Positions 39,606 to 63,758 of a DNA stretch of 64,000 nt are shown one piece after another. Source of the DNA: Amoebidium appalachense. Its lineage: Eukaryota; Protista; Ichthyosporea. The translations under genes were made by a program, and so were the position numbers. Numbering within the stretch: the stretch's first letter is position 1; every line of letters starts with the position of its first letter. Under the pieces are notes generated by a model. That model saw only the letters and a list, made by a program, of their open reading frames with translations, had not been told where the DNA came from and made no database searches. The DNA lies in NCBI GenBank assembly GCA_963693365.1, contig CAVNZM010000005.1, positions 4,843,167 through 4,907,166 on the forward strand, in the 5' to 3' direction.

Positions 39606-42600
39606 ATGGCCACCCCTAGCCCATTCTTTCCCGAGGACACAAGCCAGGGAATAGCCATATTCCAGTTTTTCTTGGCCATATCCATACATGTCCTTGCCTT
39701 AGCAATTCTTTTTACCACATTCCTATATACGAACAATGGCGCAAAGAGGTCGACCATCATAATGTTTCTCGTTCCTGGTCTGGGCTTTGCTTTTGAATGT
39801 ATCAACGATGGGTTGATTGTTTGGGGCGCCGCGGCAGACGCTATCGAAGGGCCTCCCAGCGGCAGGAAAGTTGCGGTACGTATCACAATTATATAAACTC
39901 TGTGCTGATGAATAAATTTCAGAGTGGGCTTGGCGATCAAGAAAACAAAAACCAATACGAATATAACTAACACGTCTCAATAGGGAGAGTAAGAGCACAT
40001 ACCAGTTACTGTAACTCTCTGGCAAGGTGATGGGCTCACATGTACATCGAACGGGCAAACACCATGACAACTAGAATTGATGCCCAGCGGCACACAATAT
40101 ATGATAAATACGCATACATATGCATGCACAAGCCACATCACACGCCAGACGTGCACGTGGTGCGGTGGCACAAACATAAAGGTTAAAGGTAGCTGTGCTC
40201 AGCTACGCATGTAATACTATGTATGCACAGACACGCGTACAAATACAGAATTGCACAGTACATATACAGCATAGATAACAAAAACACAACTACAAGCTCA
40301 AATGCAATTGCAAGTGTAACACACACATATATAGCAGGAATAGCTCAGGCTAAGCAAAAGCTGAGTAAGCACACGGACAAGCTTGCACATACCAGACAAG
40401 GATACGCACTTGATATTTTTTTAGTGATCGAAACAAATTGCAAATATTTCTGAATATATGAGAAAACAATACTATGATGTGCAATTTATGAATATATTTT
40501 CTTTTGTTCACGATTTTGGTTCTTTCCGCGACGGAAAAATTAGCGTATTTCGAATTTCATACATGCATTGCTAAGACGATGAACATCGTGATATTGTGGA
40601 AAGAGCTATACAACACAAACCCTTCCAGTCCGCACGTACATACATAGATTGTCATAGATTCGGGTGTACATTGACTTCTCTGCCTCCCAATCCTTCCCCC
40701 CCCCCCCCCCCCCCTCCCCGCGCTAACTCATCGCCTATAACCCCACACAGGGTGCCTACATGCACGATTTCTGGCGCTATTGGAGTGTGCCGTTAATGAT
40801 TGTCCCAACGATGGTGCTCGTTCTCCGTCTGGCTGTGCTCTACTACGGATACCCCAAAATATGTTCTCTAACTTGGGTCCACCCCGCGCACATCCGAGCA
40901 AGAAATCTCTCCGGAAGATTTTTGCTTTTTTCGTTTTTGGTGTGCAATATCCCGTTTATCATTCTCTACTTCATCAACATCGCGGTAATGTACGACCAAT
41001 TGCACCAGTCATTTTCTTCACGGGAGGAATACCTTAACTATGTTGCAAAAACCAATGAGACGTATCATAGACTGATGATCGCACAAGTGTTCTTCGAGAG
41101 CGTTTACTGCGCATTTGCAATCTTCCTGGTGGCTATGCTTATGCGCATTCGCAGGTGAGCATCCATGTGCCCCCCTCCCTCCCCTCCCCCTTCCCCCTCA
41201 CTCCCCTCCCCCTTCCCCCCCCTCTCCCCCCCTTCCCCTCTCGCCCCCCCCCCTCCTCACCTCCCTCCCTCCCCCCCCCCCCACCCCGGGCCACAATATT
41301 CCTTGGATGGGCTATGATATTTGGAATGTGTTGTCCCCCCCCCCCCCCCCCCCCACCCACCCAGGTTCTCTCTCTATCCCCGTGCCCCCCTCTCCTCCCC
41401 CCTGCCCTACCCCCCGCCTCCCCACCACCACCACCACCACCACCACCACCACCACCAACCCATATTCCCTACGAGGCTTCACGCACCAGGCAACATAAAA
41501 AAGAAGGCATCCGCAAAGGAAGGGAATACAAGGCAGCGGAAAAAGTGTGTGTGCGCCGGGGGAAGGGGGGGGGATGGGGGGCATGGAAATTTCGATAGTG
41601 CTGCAATGCTTTTCGATGTTTTGGGAGTATGTGCGTATTGGGGAGGGGCGGGGGGGTTGGGAGAGAGGGGGGGGGGGGGGGGGGGGGAGGAGAGAGAGAG
41701 AGAGACAGGGGTAAGAGTAGGTGGGCTTTAGTGAAACATATTTTTAAGCAGGGGTATGGCATCGCATCTTAACCCTTTCACGCGCACCAACTCACACACG
41801 CTCTCTTAAACCTCCTCCTCTACTTCTCTACCCCCTTCCCTACCTCTTTCCCACCCGGGCACCCACATTTCTTACACCTATCACCCTTCTTTCATGCAGG
41901 ACTCTTAAGAAACTTGACCTGGACCAGACTGTGGTTTTGATGCTCTTCTTTTCGACCGTTTTGGTACTTTCCTATTATGGAAAGTCCCTGACGTGGTTTG
42001 ATATGCAGACACAGGAATCTGTCGTTGCATTCCTCGCGATAAATCTCACGTGCACGGTGCTCTACTTTATGTTCTTTTTCGGTCATTACGTAGTCGTAAT
42101 GAAGCGCCCTGTAACGTCAAGTGGATCGGCAACACACTCCGCAACCCGCACTTCTCGCAATCGTACGGATTCATTGACACTAACACGCTCCATCGACAAG
42201 AAAAAACGACATGGGCAGACCAGCAGAAACACAAACGACGCCAGTTTCAATACCACATTGGACCAATCTCTGGAAGAAATCGATGGGAACAACCTTCCTA
42301 ATATGGAACTGGCTGCTGGAAACGACCAGAGGACAACGGAACTCTGCACCAATCAAAATAACCATATGGTGCGACATAGCAGCAATCTGTGTGCGGGAGA
42401 ATCCAACGACACGTTTAATGCTCACCAGCCATTGGCTACTCGTCTTTCTAACAGCTTCCTTGCGCTTCTGGGCTACGAGCGCGTCGAAGAAACAATAGGT
42501 CAGGCGTCCAATCAGAACAAGCAAGAGAGTAAGACATCTTCCGCAGGATTCTTTGACTTTCTTAAACGTCGCAGTGGGAACGAGAAGCGAGTGAGTGAGG

Positions 42601-42875
42601 CAGAGGGGGGTAAAACACGTGCGGACGCACAGAATACGTCGAACGGTCCGCTGTGTTCCGCGATAGCAGAGGGGGAATCCGGTTTGGAGGCGGGTGTTGA
42701 TAATCGGGAAAGCGGCATGCGATTTGAACATTTGACTGAGGTTGGATGTGGCGTGGTGCAGCAGGGAACAGTCACGGTGGGGGTGAGCCAGATGGAATTA
42801 AACGAGGGTGGGAATGGAGGGAGGGGGGAGAGGGGTGTGAATGCGTTGGATATGGGCCTGCTTGTGGAGGTGTAG
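39606..42875 (+). CDS. Orphan seven-transmembrane GPCR-like protein with a long Ser/Thr-rich C-tail, 549 aa
   Basis: Exons 39606-39875, 40751-41154, 41900-42875 (1650 nt, in phase). Seven hydrophobic segments: IAIFQFFLAISIHVLALAILFTTFLY; IIMFLVPGLGFAFECINDGLIVW; WSVPLMIVPTMVLVLRLAVLYY; FLLFSFLVCNIPFIILYFINIAVM; LMIAQVFFESVYCAFAIFLVAMLM; VVLMLFFSTVLVLSYY; VVAFLAINLTCTVLYFMFFF. Confidence 0.85.
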
Positions 42876-43908
42876 TTTCGTATCTTGCGTGATTTTATTT
42901 TCTTTTAAAGGATGGAGGGTTAGGAGGGGAGAGGGGGTGTTGGTTTTGGGGTCAAATGCGGCCTGGAGGGATGGGCGGTGTTTGGGGAGGAGGGGAGGGG
43001 GGAGGGGGGACAGGGGTGTGGGAGGGGGGAAGGGGGGACAGGGGGGCGGGGGGAGGGGGGGGGGGGGGGGGAGGTACACCATGCCTTGAGCACCCCAATG
43101 GCTGTAGGCATATAAAGTGCTTCAACTTGTTGCATGATTAGACATATTGGATACAAATAGCGAGCGCTTGTTGCTGTAACTGCACACCAGAGACAGGTAT
43201 TTCTGGGTCGGAACTTTACCTATCGGTGAGAGAAGATGAGCTCTATTGAAGTGTGACGGGGGAGAAGGGGGGGGGGGGAGGGGGGGGGGATGAGGGGGGG
43301 GGGGGGGGGGGGGGGAGATATAACGGAGCCATGTGTGTTTTCTTGAGTAGACTGGCTCTCAATCGAACTTCATGCACGGCAGGGGATGGAGGCCGGTGAA
43401 ACTGTGTGTGTGTGCATAGTGTGATGTAATGTATCAACCGTTTGGGCTTTTTGGTAATATAGATGAACAGGATGGATGATAGGAAACATGTGGAGAGGCT
43501 TGTGGGGTGTGAATTATTACTAACTCGGAGAATGGAAAGAATGTGCTGTGCACATGCAAATGGTCAAATTAACATTTACTCTGTGGCGAAACGTTTTGTG
43601 GGCTGTGGATTTGTGTAACTGTGTGCAGGTGACCGAAATGGTGTGCCATGTGTGTATGTGTGTTATGCAGGCGATGCGGGCCCGCACACGCGGCGCGCGC
43701 GCGCCCCCGCTGTGTGTGTGTGTCTGTGCACTGTGTGTGTATGTGTGTGGGCGCGCTCGAGCGCAGAACATATGTGTGTGGGTAACTGTGTGTTCGTGTG
43801 CATATGAGTGTGTTTGACTAGGTTTGCAGACAGTTTGTTTCTGTCTGAATGGCTGTGTCTGTGTGTATGAGTGTGTGCGCGCACATGTGTGTGTTTGTGT
43901 GCGCGCAT

Positions 43909-43983
<75 letters not shown>

Positions 43984-44938
43984 ACGTATGTGGCCGCGGG
44001 AAGGATGAATTTCGGAGGAGACCGAAAGGAAGCGGGATTGAAAGGCTAATGTATATGAGTATTTTTGCCTCAGGCTGGTCCGATGCCATCTCCAAAATCG
44101 AGGGGGCGGAGGGAGGGGGGGGGGGGGGAGGGGGGGGGAAGGGGGGAGGGGAGAGGAGCGAAGACGGCAGGAGTGGGGGCAGGGGCCAGGGGGGGGGGGG
44201 GGGGGGGAAGAGAGAGAGGAGGAGGAGATGGGGGGGAGGGGCAGGGAGGGGCGAGAACAAGTACCGAAAAGGTATGTTAACGTTTGATGTATATGGTTGC
44301 CCACCACTGAAATGTTTTGCATATGTGGCGCATAAAAACACTGTACACGTAATGAGTTCTCGAGGGGTTAATTGGGATCTCAACTTTTTGTGTTTGTGTG
44401 TGGATTGCGTGTGCTTTGGTGCACGGGCGAGGTGGTGGGGTGGGTGTTGGGGTATGTAGCTAACACATCACACACAGAAGTGAGTTAGTAAATAAAAGTA
44501 ACGAGAACATCGGTGGTGTTTTGATTGGTTGGAAGAGCCCAGACCAAGTTCAGGTCACAGGAAAGGGAAAATAGCCAAAGATCCCCGTTACGAAAGTTAA
44601 GAATATTTCGAAGGGGAAAAAAAAAAGTAAATTTCCAGCTCTTTTTTCGTGCAAAGGATGGGGGGGGGGGGGGGGGGGGGGGGGGAAGGGGGGAGAGGGA
44701 GAGGGGGAGAGGGGGAGGGGGGGGGGGGGGAGGGACGGGCAGTTGCAGGTGAGGAGGGAGGGGGGATGGTTGGGAGGGAACGATGTTATGCACACATACA
44801 CGCACACACAAACACGCCCAACACACACACACAACACACACACTGCACTTGATTACTGCGTGGTGCTCTAGTTCAAAGCGAAATGCCACTTGGAACGACA
44901 GCAAGACAATTGGTTGCGCGATGGGACTGAGAGATTTA

Positions 44939-44975
<37 letters not shown>

Positions 44976-45390
44976 GGGGTTGGGGGTGAGGGGGAGGAGC
45001 ACCACTGCACCGATCGTGTATGTTGATCACAATAGTTACCCCACTGGTGTAGGAGGAGGGGGAGCAAGGGAGGGTAGGCGGAGGGGGAGGGGGGGGGGGG
45101 GGGGATGGGGAGGAGCGGGGAGCGTTACCATCCATGTGTACTGCGGTTTGGCAAATCCTCGTGATGTCATACTCTAGTACCTTCCCCACACCCCGCTCCT
45201 CTCCGTCTCCCCCCCCCCCCCCCCCCCCCTCCCCCTCCTTCCCCTGACTTCACAGTGGTGCCCTTCCCTCCTCCGGCCGCCCAGTATTAACTCAAAAATT
45301 CCTGATAAACCCCGAATGATTAGACTAGCCAGTGGGTCAATTCAGGCACATACACATGCACACACACACGAACACAAACACACACACACG

Positions 45391-45426
<36 letters not shown>

Positions 45427-45684
45427 GTGACATACGGTACATTTTGAAAGGCATGAGATATTCAATGGTTTATACTACCACTTGATCGGCACGGTGGCCC
45501 TGACACCCACCATTCCACTATACAAGCACTTCACAGTTCGTTGTTACTATCGGTTATCACATTATATATCAGCAAATTTAGTTGATAGCAAAAATTATGT
45601 TGAAAGGGTTTGTGTTGTCGCATGCTTGTGTTTCCATGTGTTTTCAATCTACCAAGAACTGCTGGGCTACTCGTGCTAATCAAC

Positions 45685-45716
<32 letters not shown>

Positions 45717-45899
45717 AAAAAAAAAAAAGAAAAAAAAACCACACACGTATACCAATGTGAGGACGAGATAAAAGAAAACCAAAAATGATGGAAAATGGAA
45801 AAGACATGGAAAAGAAAATACGACACAATGAAGTGTGTGTTTGTTCATTGCAGGCATGCACACGCGTCCTTCCTCCACCCCCAACTCCCGGACAGTCAC

Positions 45900-46200
45900 A
45901 TAACTGAGCAAGACCAAGGCACAGTTTCGTTATTTCACAGGAGATATACCGAAACTGTGTTTTGGCCCCAGATATGTGCCTCCGGTGGATGAATGGCGTA
46001 GGCAGCAGAAAGGACTCACACGAAGCAACAAACAAATGCTAAAAAAAAAACAAATCGAAGGCAACACAAACACACATTTAATTAAGACTCTGAGTGCACA
46101 GATAGCTGCAGCCAAACCCGGAACTGAAGATATGAAACCACTGGCCCTATGGAAACTACAATATATCGCCTACTATTGAGTCCATACGTGGCACATCAAT
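45900..46200 (+). mobile_element. Possible degenerate LINE reverse-transcriptase fragment
   Basis: LSKTKAQFRYFTGDIPKLCFGPRYVPPVDEW resembles the KT...l..g..ip.v segment preceding YLG in non-LTR RTs. YLG itself is absent and stops flank the segment. Confidence 0.3.
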
Positions 46201-46341
46201 GTATTCCAAACACTAATCGTTACAATCCATTTTCATTGCACTCCTCTCGCCATCTGATTGGCTGCCGCTGATTGGACAATCACTGCCATTGCCTGTGGTC
46301 AAAAAGGAGACAGTCAGTAAGGTGCTGCTGCCAAGAAGAAT

Positions 46342-46372
<31 letters not shown>

Positions 46373-47193
46373 GAGGGGAGGGGGGGGGGGGGGGGGGGAA
46401 GAGGGGGGGGGGGGGGGGGGGGGGGGGAGGGGATGGAGGGAGGGACGATGGAGGTGGCAGTAGGTAGGGGGGGAAAGTCGAAGAAGTTTCTTTCTTGTCG
46501 CATTTGGGGGTGTTGTGGATGGGGCGGGCGCTGGGTATGTAGGATAGTGTGTGTATGGGGGGGGGAGGGGGGGAGGGGGGGGGGGGGGGGGAGGTTGGTG
46601 GGGAAGAGGCCCTGGGAAAGGGGGGGGGGGGTAGCAGGGACAGGGGGCAGGCAGAAGGACCCACCTTAATGATATATCTCAGGAAGAGGTTGGTTTTTTG
46701 TTGCACTTCCGGATGCCTTTGCTGTATGTGTGTGTGTGGGGGGGGGGGGGGGAGGTAGGTGTTAGGTGTGTGTAGTCAGAAATAGCACACGAGAAGTGAG
46801 GCACATGAGAGTTTGCAGGTTCATAGCCAAGAACAATACAGGAAGAAGTAGTGGGTGGGTGTTGGGCTGTGAAGGCACGTAGCCAAAACACCACACACAG
46901 AAGTGCATTAGCAGTTTCAAGTTATGATAACATCGACATGTTTTATATTGGTTAAAAGAGTCCAGACAAAGTTCAAGTAGCAAGAAAGGAAACATAGCGG
47001 AACGAGTGTAACTACAAAAGCCTATAATATGTCGAAAGGCAAAAAGAAAAAGAGGCAATGAACCAACTATTTTTTTGTGCAAATGGTGAGGGAAGCAGGG
47101 GGCGGGGAGGGGGGAGGGGGTGGGCAGGGAGGGGGGAGGGGGGGGACGGTCGGTTACAGGGAGAGGGGGGAGGGGGTTGAGAGGGGAATGGGG

Positions 47194-47233
<40 letters not shown>

Positions 47234-47346
47234 GAGGGGGTTGCTTACGCGATGATGCGGCCGTTAGAGATGTTGGTGGCTGTGTTGGCAGCAAATAGGT
47301 TGGACCTGCAGACACAGATGGGTGAGTACATGCACCGCGGCGGCCG

Positions 47347-47389
<43 letters not shown>

Positions 47390-47551
47390 GGGTCAGGCCA
47401 CTCATGGAAGTAGGGCAAAAAGATAAGGGCCCATGTCACTCTGTCGCTTTCTCTTTCCGTGAGGCTCTTTCCCTCCTCGTCTCTCTCCCCGAGGACCTCT
47501 CTCTCTCTGGACCCCTGTCACACAGGCGATTGTAGTCTCACACGCAGCCTC

Positions 47552-47621
<70 letters not shown>

Positions 47622-47799
47622 CCCCTCCCCCCCCCCCCCCCCCCCCCCCCCTCTATCCAAAGGCTCTCCGAGCCTCTTTCTTTTCTCGCGCGCTCTCTCT
47701 CTCTTCTCCCCCCTTCCCCCCCCCCCCCCCCTCCCCCCCTCCCCCCCTCCCCCCCCCCTCCCCCCCCCCCCTTCCCCTACTTCCCCCTCTCTCTCTCCC

Positions 47800-48991
47800 T
47801 GTCTCCTGTCTCTCCCTCTCACTCCGGCAACGGTTCTCTCTCCGGCAAGGGTCTCTCTCTCTTTGTCTCTCCCCCCGAGGATCTTTTTCTCTGAACCTCT
47901 CTCACACAGGCCCAATCTCACAGGGAGTTTCTCTCTCTCTCTCCCCCTCTGCCTCTCCCTCTACCTCTCCCTCTCTCCCTCTCCCTCTCTTCCTCTCCCT
48001 CTCTCTCTCCCTCGCTCCCTCCCCCCCTCTCTCCCTCTCTCTCTTCCTCCCCCCCCCTCCCCTATATCTCTGACAAGCAATTTCTTTCCTCTTCAGGCTC
48101 TCTCTCTCTCTTTCTTTCTAACTCAGGCACTCTCTATTAGGCAGTCAACCCCCCCCCCCCCTCTCTCTCCCTCAACTTTCAGCCTCTTTTCCTCCCCTCT
48201 CTTAAGTCTTGGCCTGTCGGCTTCTCTCTCTCTCTCTGAAGTTCTCACTCTCGTCTTAGGCATTCTCTCTTTCTCCCTCCCCCCTTCCCTCCAACCCCCC
48301 TACCCCCCCCCCCGCTTCTCTCCATGCATTTCTTGCTCTCTCTATCTATCTCGCTGTCCTGGGCCCCCTCGCCCTCTCTATTCTTTCTCTCTACTGGGCA
48401 CTGCGGGCCTCGGAAGTCGGCTTTTTGGCGCCTTGGCGCCAAAATCTGGCGAAAATTTATCTCTTTTTACACAGGGAGTTGTCTCTTCGTTTTTGTCTTC
48501 ATTTAGTTAGGATACCTGATGGTCACCCTCTTTATGCTTTCTTTCCCCCCCTCCCTCCATCCCTCTTCCCCCCCGATTCACCAACGCTACTTCTGAATGT
48601 CCTCAGCCTACCCTCTTTCAACCTGATTCTTGCTCTCGCTATCTCACTCCCTCTTTCTTTTCTCTTCCTCTTTTTTCTGCCTTTTCGCGTTATTACCATA
48701 CACAGTATAAGTTTCTTTCTCGTTCTGATAGAGAAATCAAAGGTAAAACTCAGTTGGCATGTGTTATGTTCCTTAGGCAACACTGTACTGATCATTATCG
48801 CTTTTTTGGGAGCTTTGGCAGGATATATTTCTCCTGCTGTACGTATGGATACCACCCTAGTAGATAAGTCTGTATGGTGCTCTGATGTTGATATTGCCTG
48901 GGAATTTGTGCAGTGGCGTTGAAATTTTTGTTTCCATCGCCGCTGGTGCCACTTTTGTGCTGAACTTTTTAATCGCAAGCATGTTGATAGG
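47800..48991 (+). mobile_element. LINE copy A, 5' part (older, interrupted by copy B)
   Basis: RELSLRFCLHLVRIPDGHPLYAFFPPL (from 48473) and LAGYISPAVRMDTTLVDKSVWCSDVDIAWEFVQWR*NFCFHRRWCHFCAELFNRKHVDR align with the C-terminal half of copy B. Homology upstream of 48470 is only vestigial. Confidence 0.75.
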
Positions 48992-50908
48992 CTTGAGTTT
49001 CTCTACCTTCTATGAGTTTGGATTCATTCCTTCGTCGTGGAATGACACCATTATAAATCCCGTCCGCAAGAAGGTCTCTACTGGTCCGATTTCTTCCTTC
49101 CGGCCAGTCACCTTAACTAACATATTTCGTCGCCTATTCGAGCCCTGCATATTGCGTGCCTTCCACAAGCATGAGACCTTATCGAGTGTCTTCCGGTTGA
49201 GCAACATTCAGGGCGGATTTCGGCGTGCTTATTCGTGCTATACTCATGCTTTTTTATTACACGACACTATTCGTTCTGGATGTCGCGAGGTATGCTTTAT
49301 CAACCTTAAGAATGCCTATGACACGGTTCCAACGAACTTGCTGTGGCACAAGTTGGCCTCTCGAGGGCTACCTCTTCCCTTTGGTCGGCTACTTCAGGCG
49401 TTATTTGACCGCACCCAAGGGGCTGCCGTTGTGAATGGGGGTCAGTGAGTAACGGATTCAATCGTACTCGAGGCCTTTTACAGGGCTCACTTTTGAGTCC
49501 CCTTCTCTTTGATGTCTTTATTGACGAAGCGGTAGAAATTCAACAATTTCTAGTTGCCGGCGACTCTTGTGTCTCCGGCCTTTTTTTCGCTGATGATATT
49601 GTCTTTGTCACTCACGATCCTTCTATCATGAATAACATGCTTTCTCGAGTAGATGACTGGTGTTTCCGAAATTTCATGAAAATTGGGATAAATAAATGCG
49701 GCACCTTTTCTTCCAATGCACAGTACACTCTGAACAACCAACCTATCCCAATCGTGTCCTCCTATGACTATTTAGGTATTCCTTTCACCTCTAAGGGTAT
49801 CTGGTTTAAGCGCCTTTTGACTTCGCGCATTTCTCGTGCGCGTGGTCGCTTACATATCTATCAAGGAATATTCGCATATATCTCTAATATTCATCCTGCC
49901 AATTTGCTCACTCTTTATAAAGTTTTCCTTCGTCCATGTTTCGAATATGGCCTCCTGTTACTCTTGTGTGCCCCTCCACGGCAACAGCGCGCGGCTCTTC
50001 GGGAATTCGATTCCTTTCAGCGTGAATTCATCCAGTTTATTTCTCGAACCTCGCGTAGGCATCCTTTGGCGGCTCCCATGCTGAGTGTTTTTGGTCTCCC
50101 TCCGGCGCGCCAGCGTATGAATGAATTAGGACTTCGCTTTTGTTTTCATTGGGTTAGGCTTCCTTCTTATCATCCTTTGTTGCAATTCTTTCCTTCTTTA
50201 GCACCTGTTCCCGGCATATCTAATGTTCGTGCGAAATGTCATATCCCCGATCTCTCTCCCATTCCGAGATATCCTTTTAAATACTTATCTCCTTTATTTT
50301 TCTCTTCTACTAGTTATCAGCAGTATGTTACTTGGTTTCATACTCAATATCCTTTGCTTCATCGTTGTGATAAAGAGTATCATGGTAGGGCTCTTGAGCC
50401 TGTGCTTCTTTTGATATTAGAGACTCGTCTATTTTCCTTACAATCGTTGTGTAAATTAGCTACTTATATTTATCCTTCCTCTCGTAAACCTACCACACTT
50501 ACCGATTTTGCAATTCTAACCCCTCCTTGTGACATAGCTTGGAAATGTTTCTTTTGGCGCTGTAACCTTTGTTTCCATAAATGTTTGTGCCACTTTTGTG
50601 CAGAACCTTTTTCTCGTAAACACTTAGATAGATGTATTTATTTATCTCAGATTATTCCGTTAGAAATCATTAAAGTTAGAAGACTGGCTTATTTAGACAA
50701 TCCTGCTATTACGTCTATTGACTATCTGTTGAACCACGGTATGTTTAATGAGTTTTCTAGGGTGTATGATTATTTAAGTCGTTATCTCCTCCGTATCCGA
50801 GAGTGAGGGCTTTTGTATTTTCTTCACCGAGATATCGGTGATATCTCGATGTCGATGGCTTCTATTTTGCTGAGCATATCAATAAAGTCATTATAAAAAA
50901 AAAAAAAA
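48992..50908 (+). mobile_element. LINE copy B: 5'-truncated non-LTR retrotransposon (RT + C-terminal Cys/His finger), inactive
   Basis: RT motifs IPSSWN, FRPVTLTNIFRRLFE, QGGFR, AYDTV, GLLQGSLLSPLLF, FADD, YDYLG. Frameshift in the G run near 49440; motif-A Asp reads Asn (FINLKNAY). Stop at 50806, AATAAA at 50881, A14 tail 50895-50908. Confidence 0.93.
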
Positions 50909-51170
50909 TCTTTATGTCGCGTTTTACCTCTTTCCCTACGGGTGTCTGCTACACTGGCTGGCAATGCGACCACTTTAGACTTTTTGTTGAATTCTGTTAT
51001 AACGTTGGTCGTCACATTGAGTATTTATATGATTTTCACACAGTGTTCAGGTATCTCAGTATGCACTTGTTACTGGATAACTCGTGAAGTTTTTATTGTC
51101 TTCTCAGTATGCCGTGCATACTTGCATATCTTTCGTCGAATAAATCCAGTCAAAAGAAAAAAGAAAATTT
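50909..51170 (+). mobile_element. LINE copy A, 3' end
   Basis: SLCRVLPL...ATTLDFLLNS and YDFHTVFRYLSMHLL match copy B YLSQIIPL...ITSIDYLLNH and FNEFSRVYDYLSRYLL. Has its own AATAAA (~51139) and an A-rich tail. Confidence 0.8.
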
Positions 51171-51228
51171 TTTTTACAAAGAATCTGGGCACCAGTTATC
51201 TCTAATCTCTGAGATAACCTCACTCAAG

Positions 51229-51265
<37 letters not shown>

Positions 51266-51880
51266 ATGGCCTCTTACTAGAAATAGCACACTCTTTAGGA
51301 GGCCTTGCTTCCCCCTCACCTCTCCCCGCTCCCCGCCGGTCCCGGCAAGTACCCCACACCAGCCTACTCAACCTCAACCTACCCCCCACCCCGCTGAGTA
51401 CCCTACTCGGAGGGGGGGCGTACCCTGGATTTTTCCGGGTGGGGTATTTTCATTTTCGGGTGGGGTATTTTGTAGGCTATTTTCGGGGGTATTGTCGAAC
51501 CCTGCTCACTGGTGAGCTGGTGCGGGATGACGATTACGTAATGCCATTCAAAGCGCGTCGTGATATACAAGTCGTTAAACGAAGATACATTTGGTTAACC
51601 AATGATTCGCCATACATCAAAACTATATTAAGAGACTCTTGTTAGAACCGTTCTAGTCGAAAGATCTGACAAGAATTAAGAGCCTGAAAACTGAGAGGCC
51701 GCTGAAAGGGAGCAGAATTGAAGAAAATAGTTATGCGATTGGGGAGCCGAATTTTGATATGGCTAAACCGAAAGAAGCTTGCTGAAAATCTCGCTGTAAA
51801 CAACGTGCAATTGCTGTGTAACCAGCACCGTTACCTCATTGATTCAATTTCTGGGCTGCACGTGACGGGGAAGAGGGGGA

Positions 51881-63758
<11,878 letters not shown>

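Larger units (their letters stand above)
46233..51622 (-). other. Spliced minus-strand unit: small-ORF gene, lncRNA or pseudogene
   Basis: Exon-like blocks 51510-51622 (TTCTAAC..ATATAG| ... |GTGAGC), 47249-47305 (TACTCAC..CTGCAG| ... |GTAAGC), 46665-46721 (CATACAG| ... |GTGGGT) and one starting at 46292 (TACTGAC..CCACAG|). Best stop-free ORF is 45 aa from ATG 51547 to TGA 46679-46681. Confidence 0.55.

Noticed and set aside
46676-46690. Antizyme-type TCC TGA +1 frameshift site on the minus strand
   Set aside because: The +1 frame stops after four codons (EIYH*), and there is no antizyme ORF2 similarity.
46233-47305. DDA1, RIIAD1 or MPC identity for the minus-strand exons
   Set aside because: The short resemblances (KTNLFLRYI, HPEV, LFAAN) fall in different frames and cannot be joined without extra frameshifts.
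46233-51622. TAA reassigned as a sense codon
   Set aside because: The BAR-SH3 gene terminates at TAA right after the SH3 domain, and no conserved gene here has an internal TAA.
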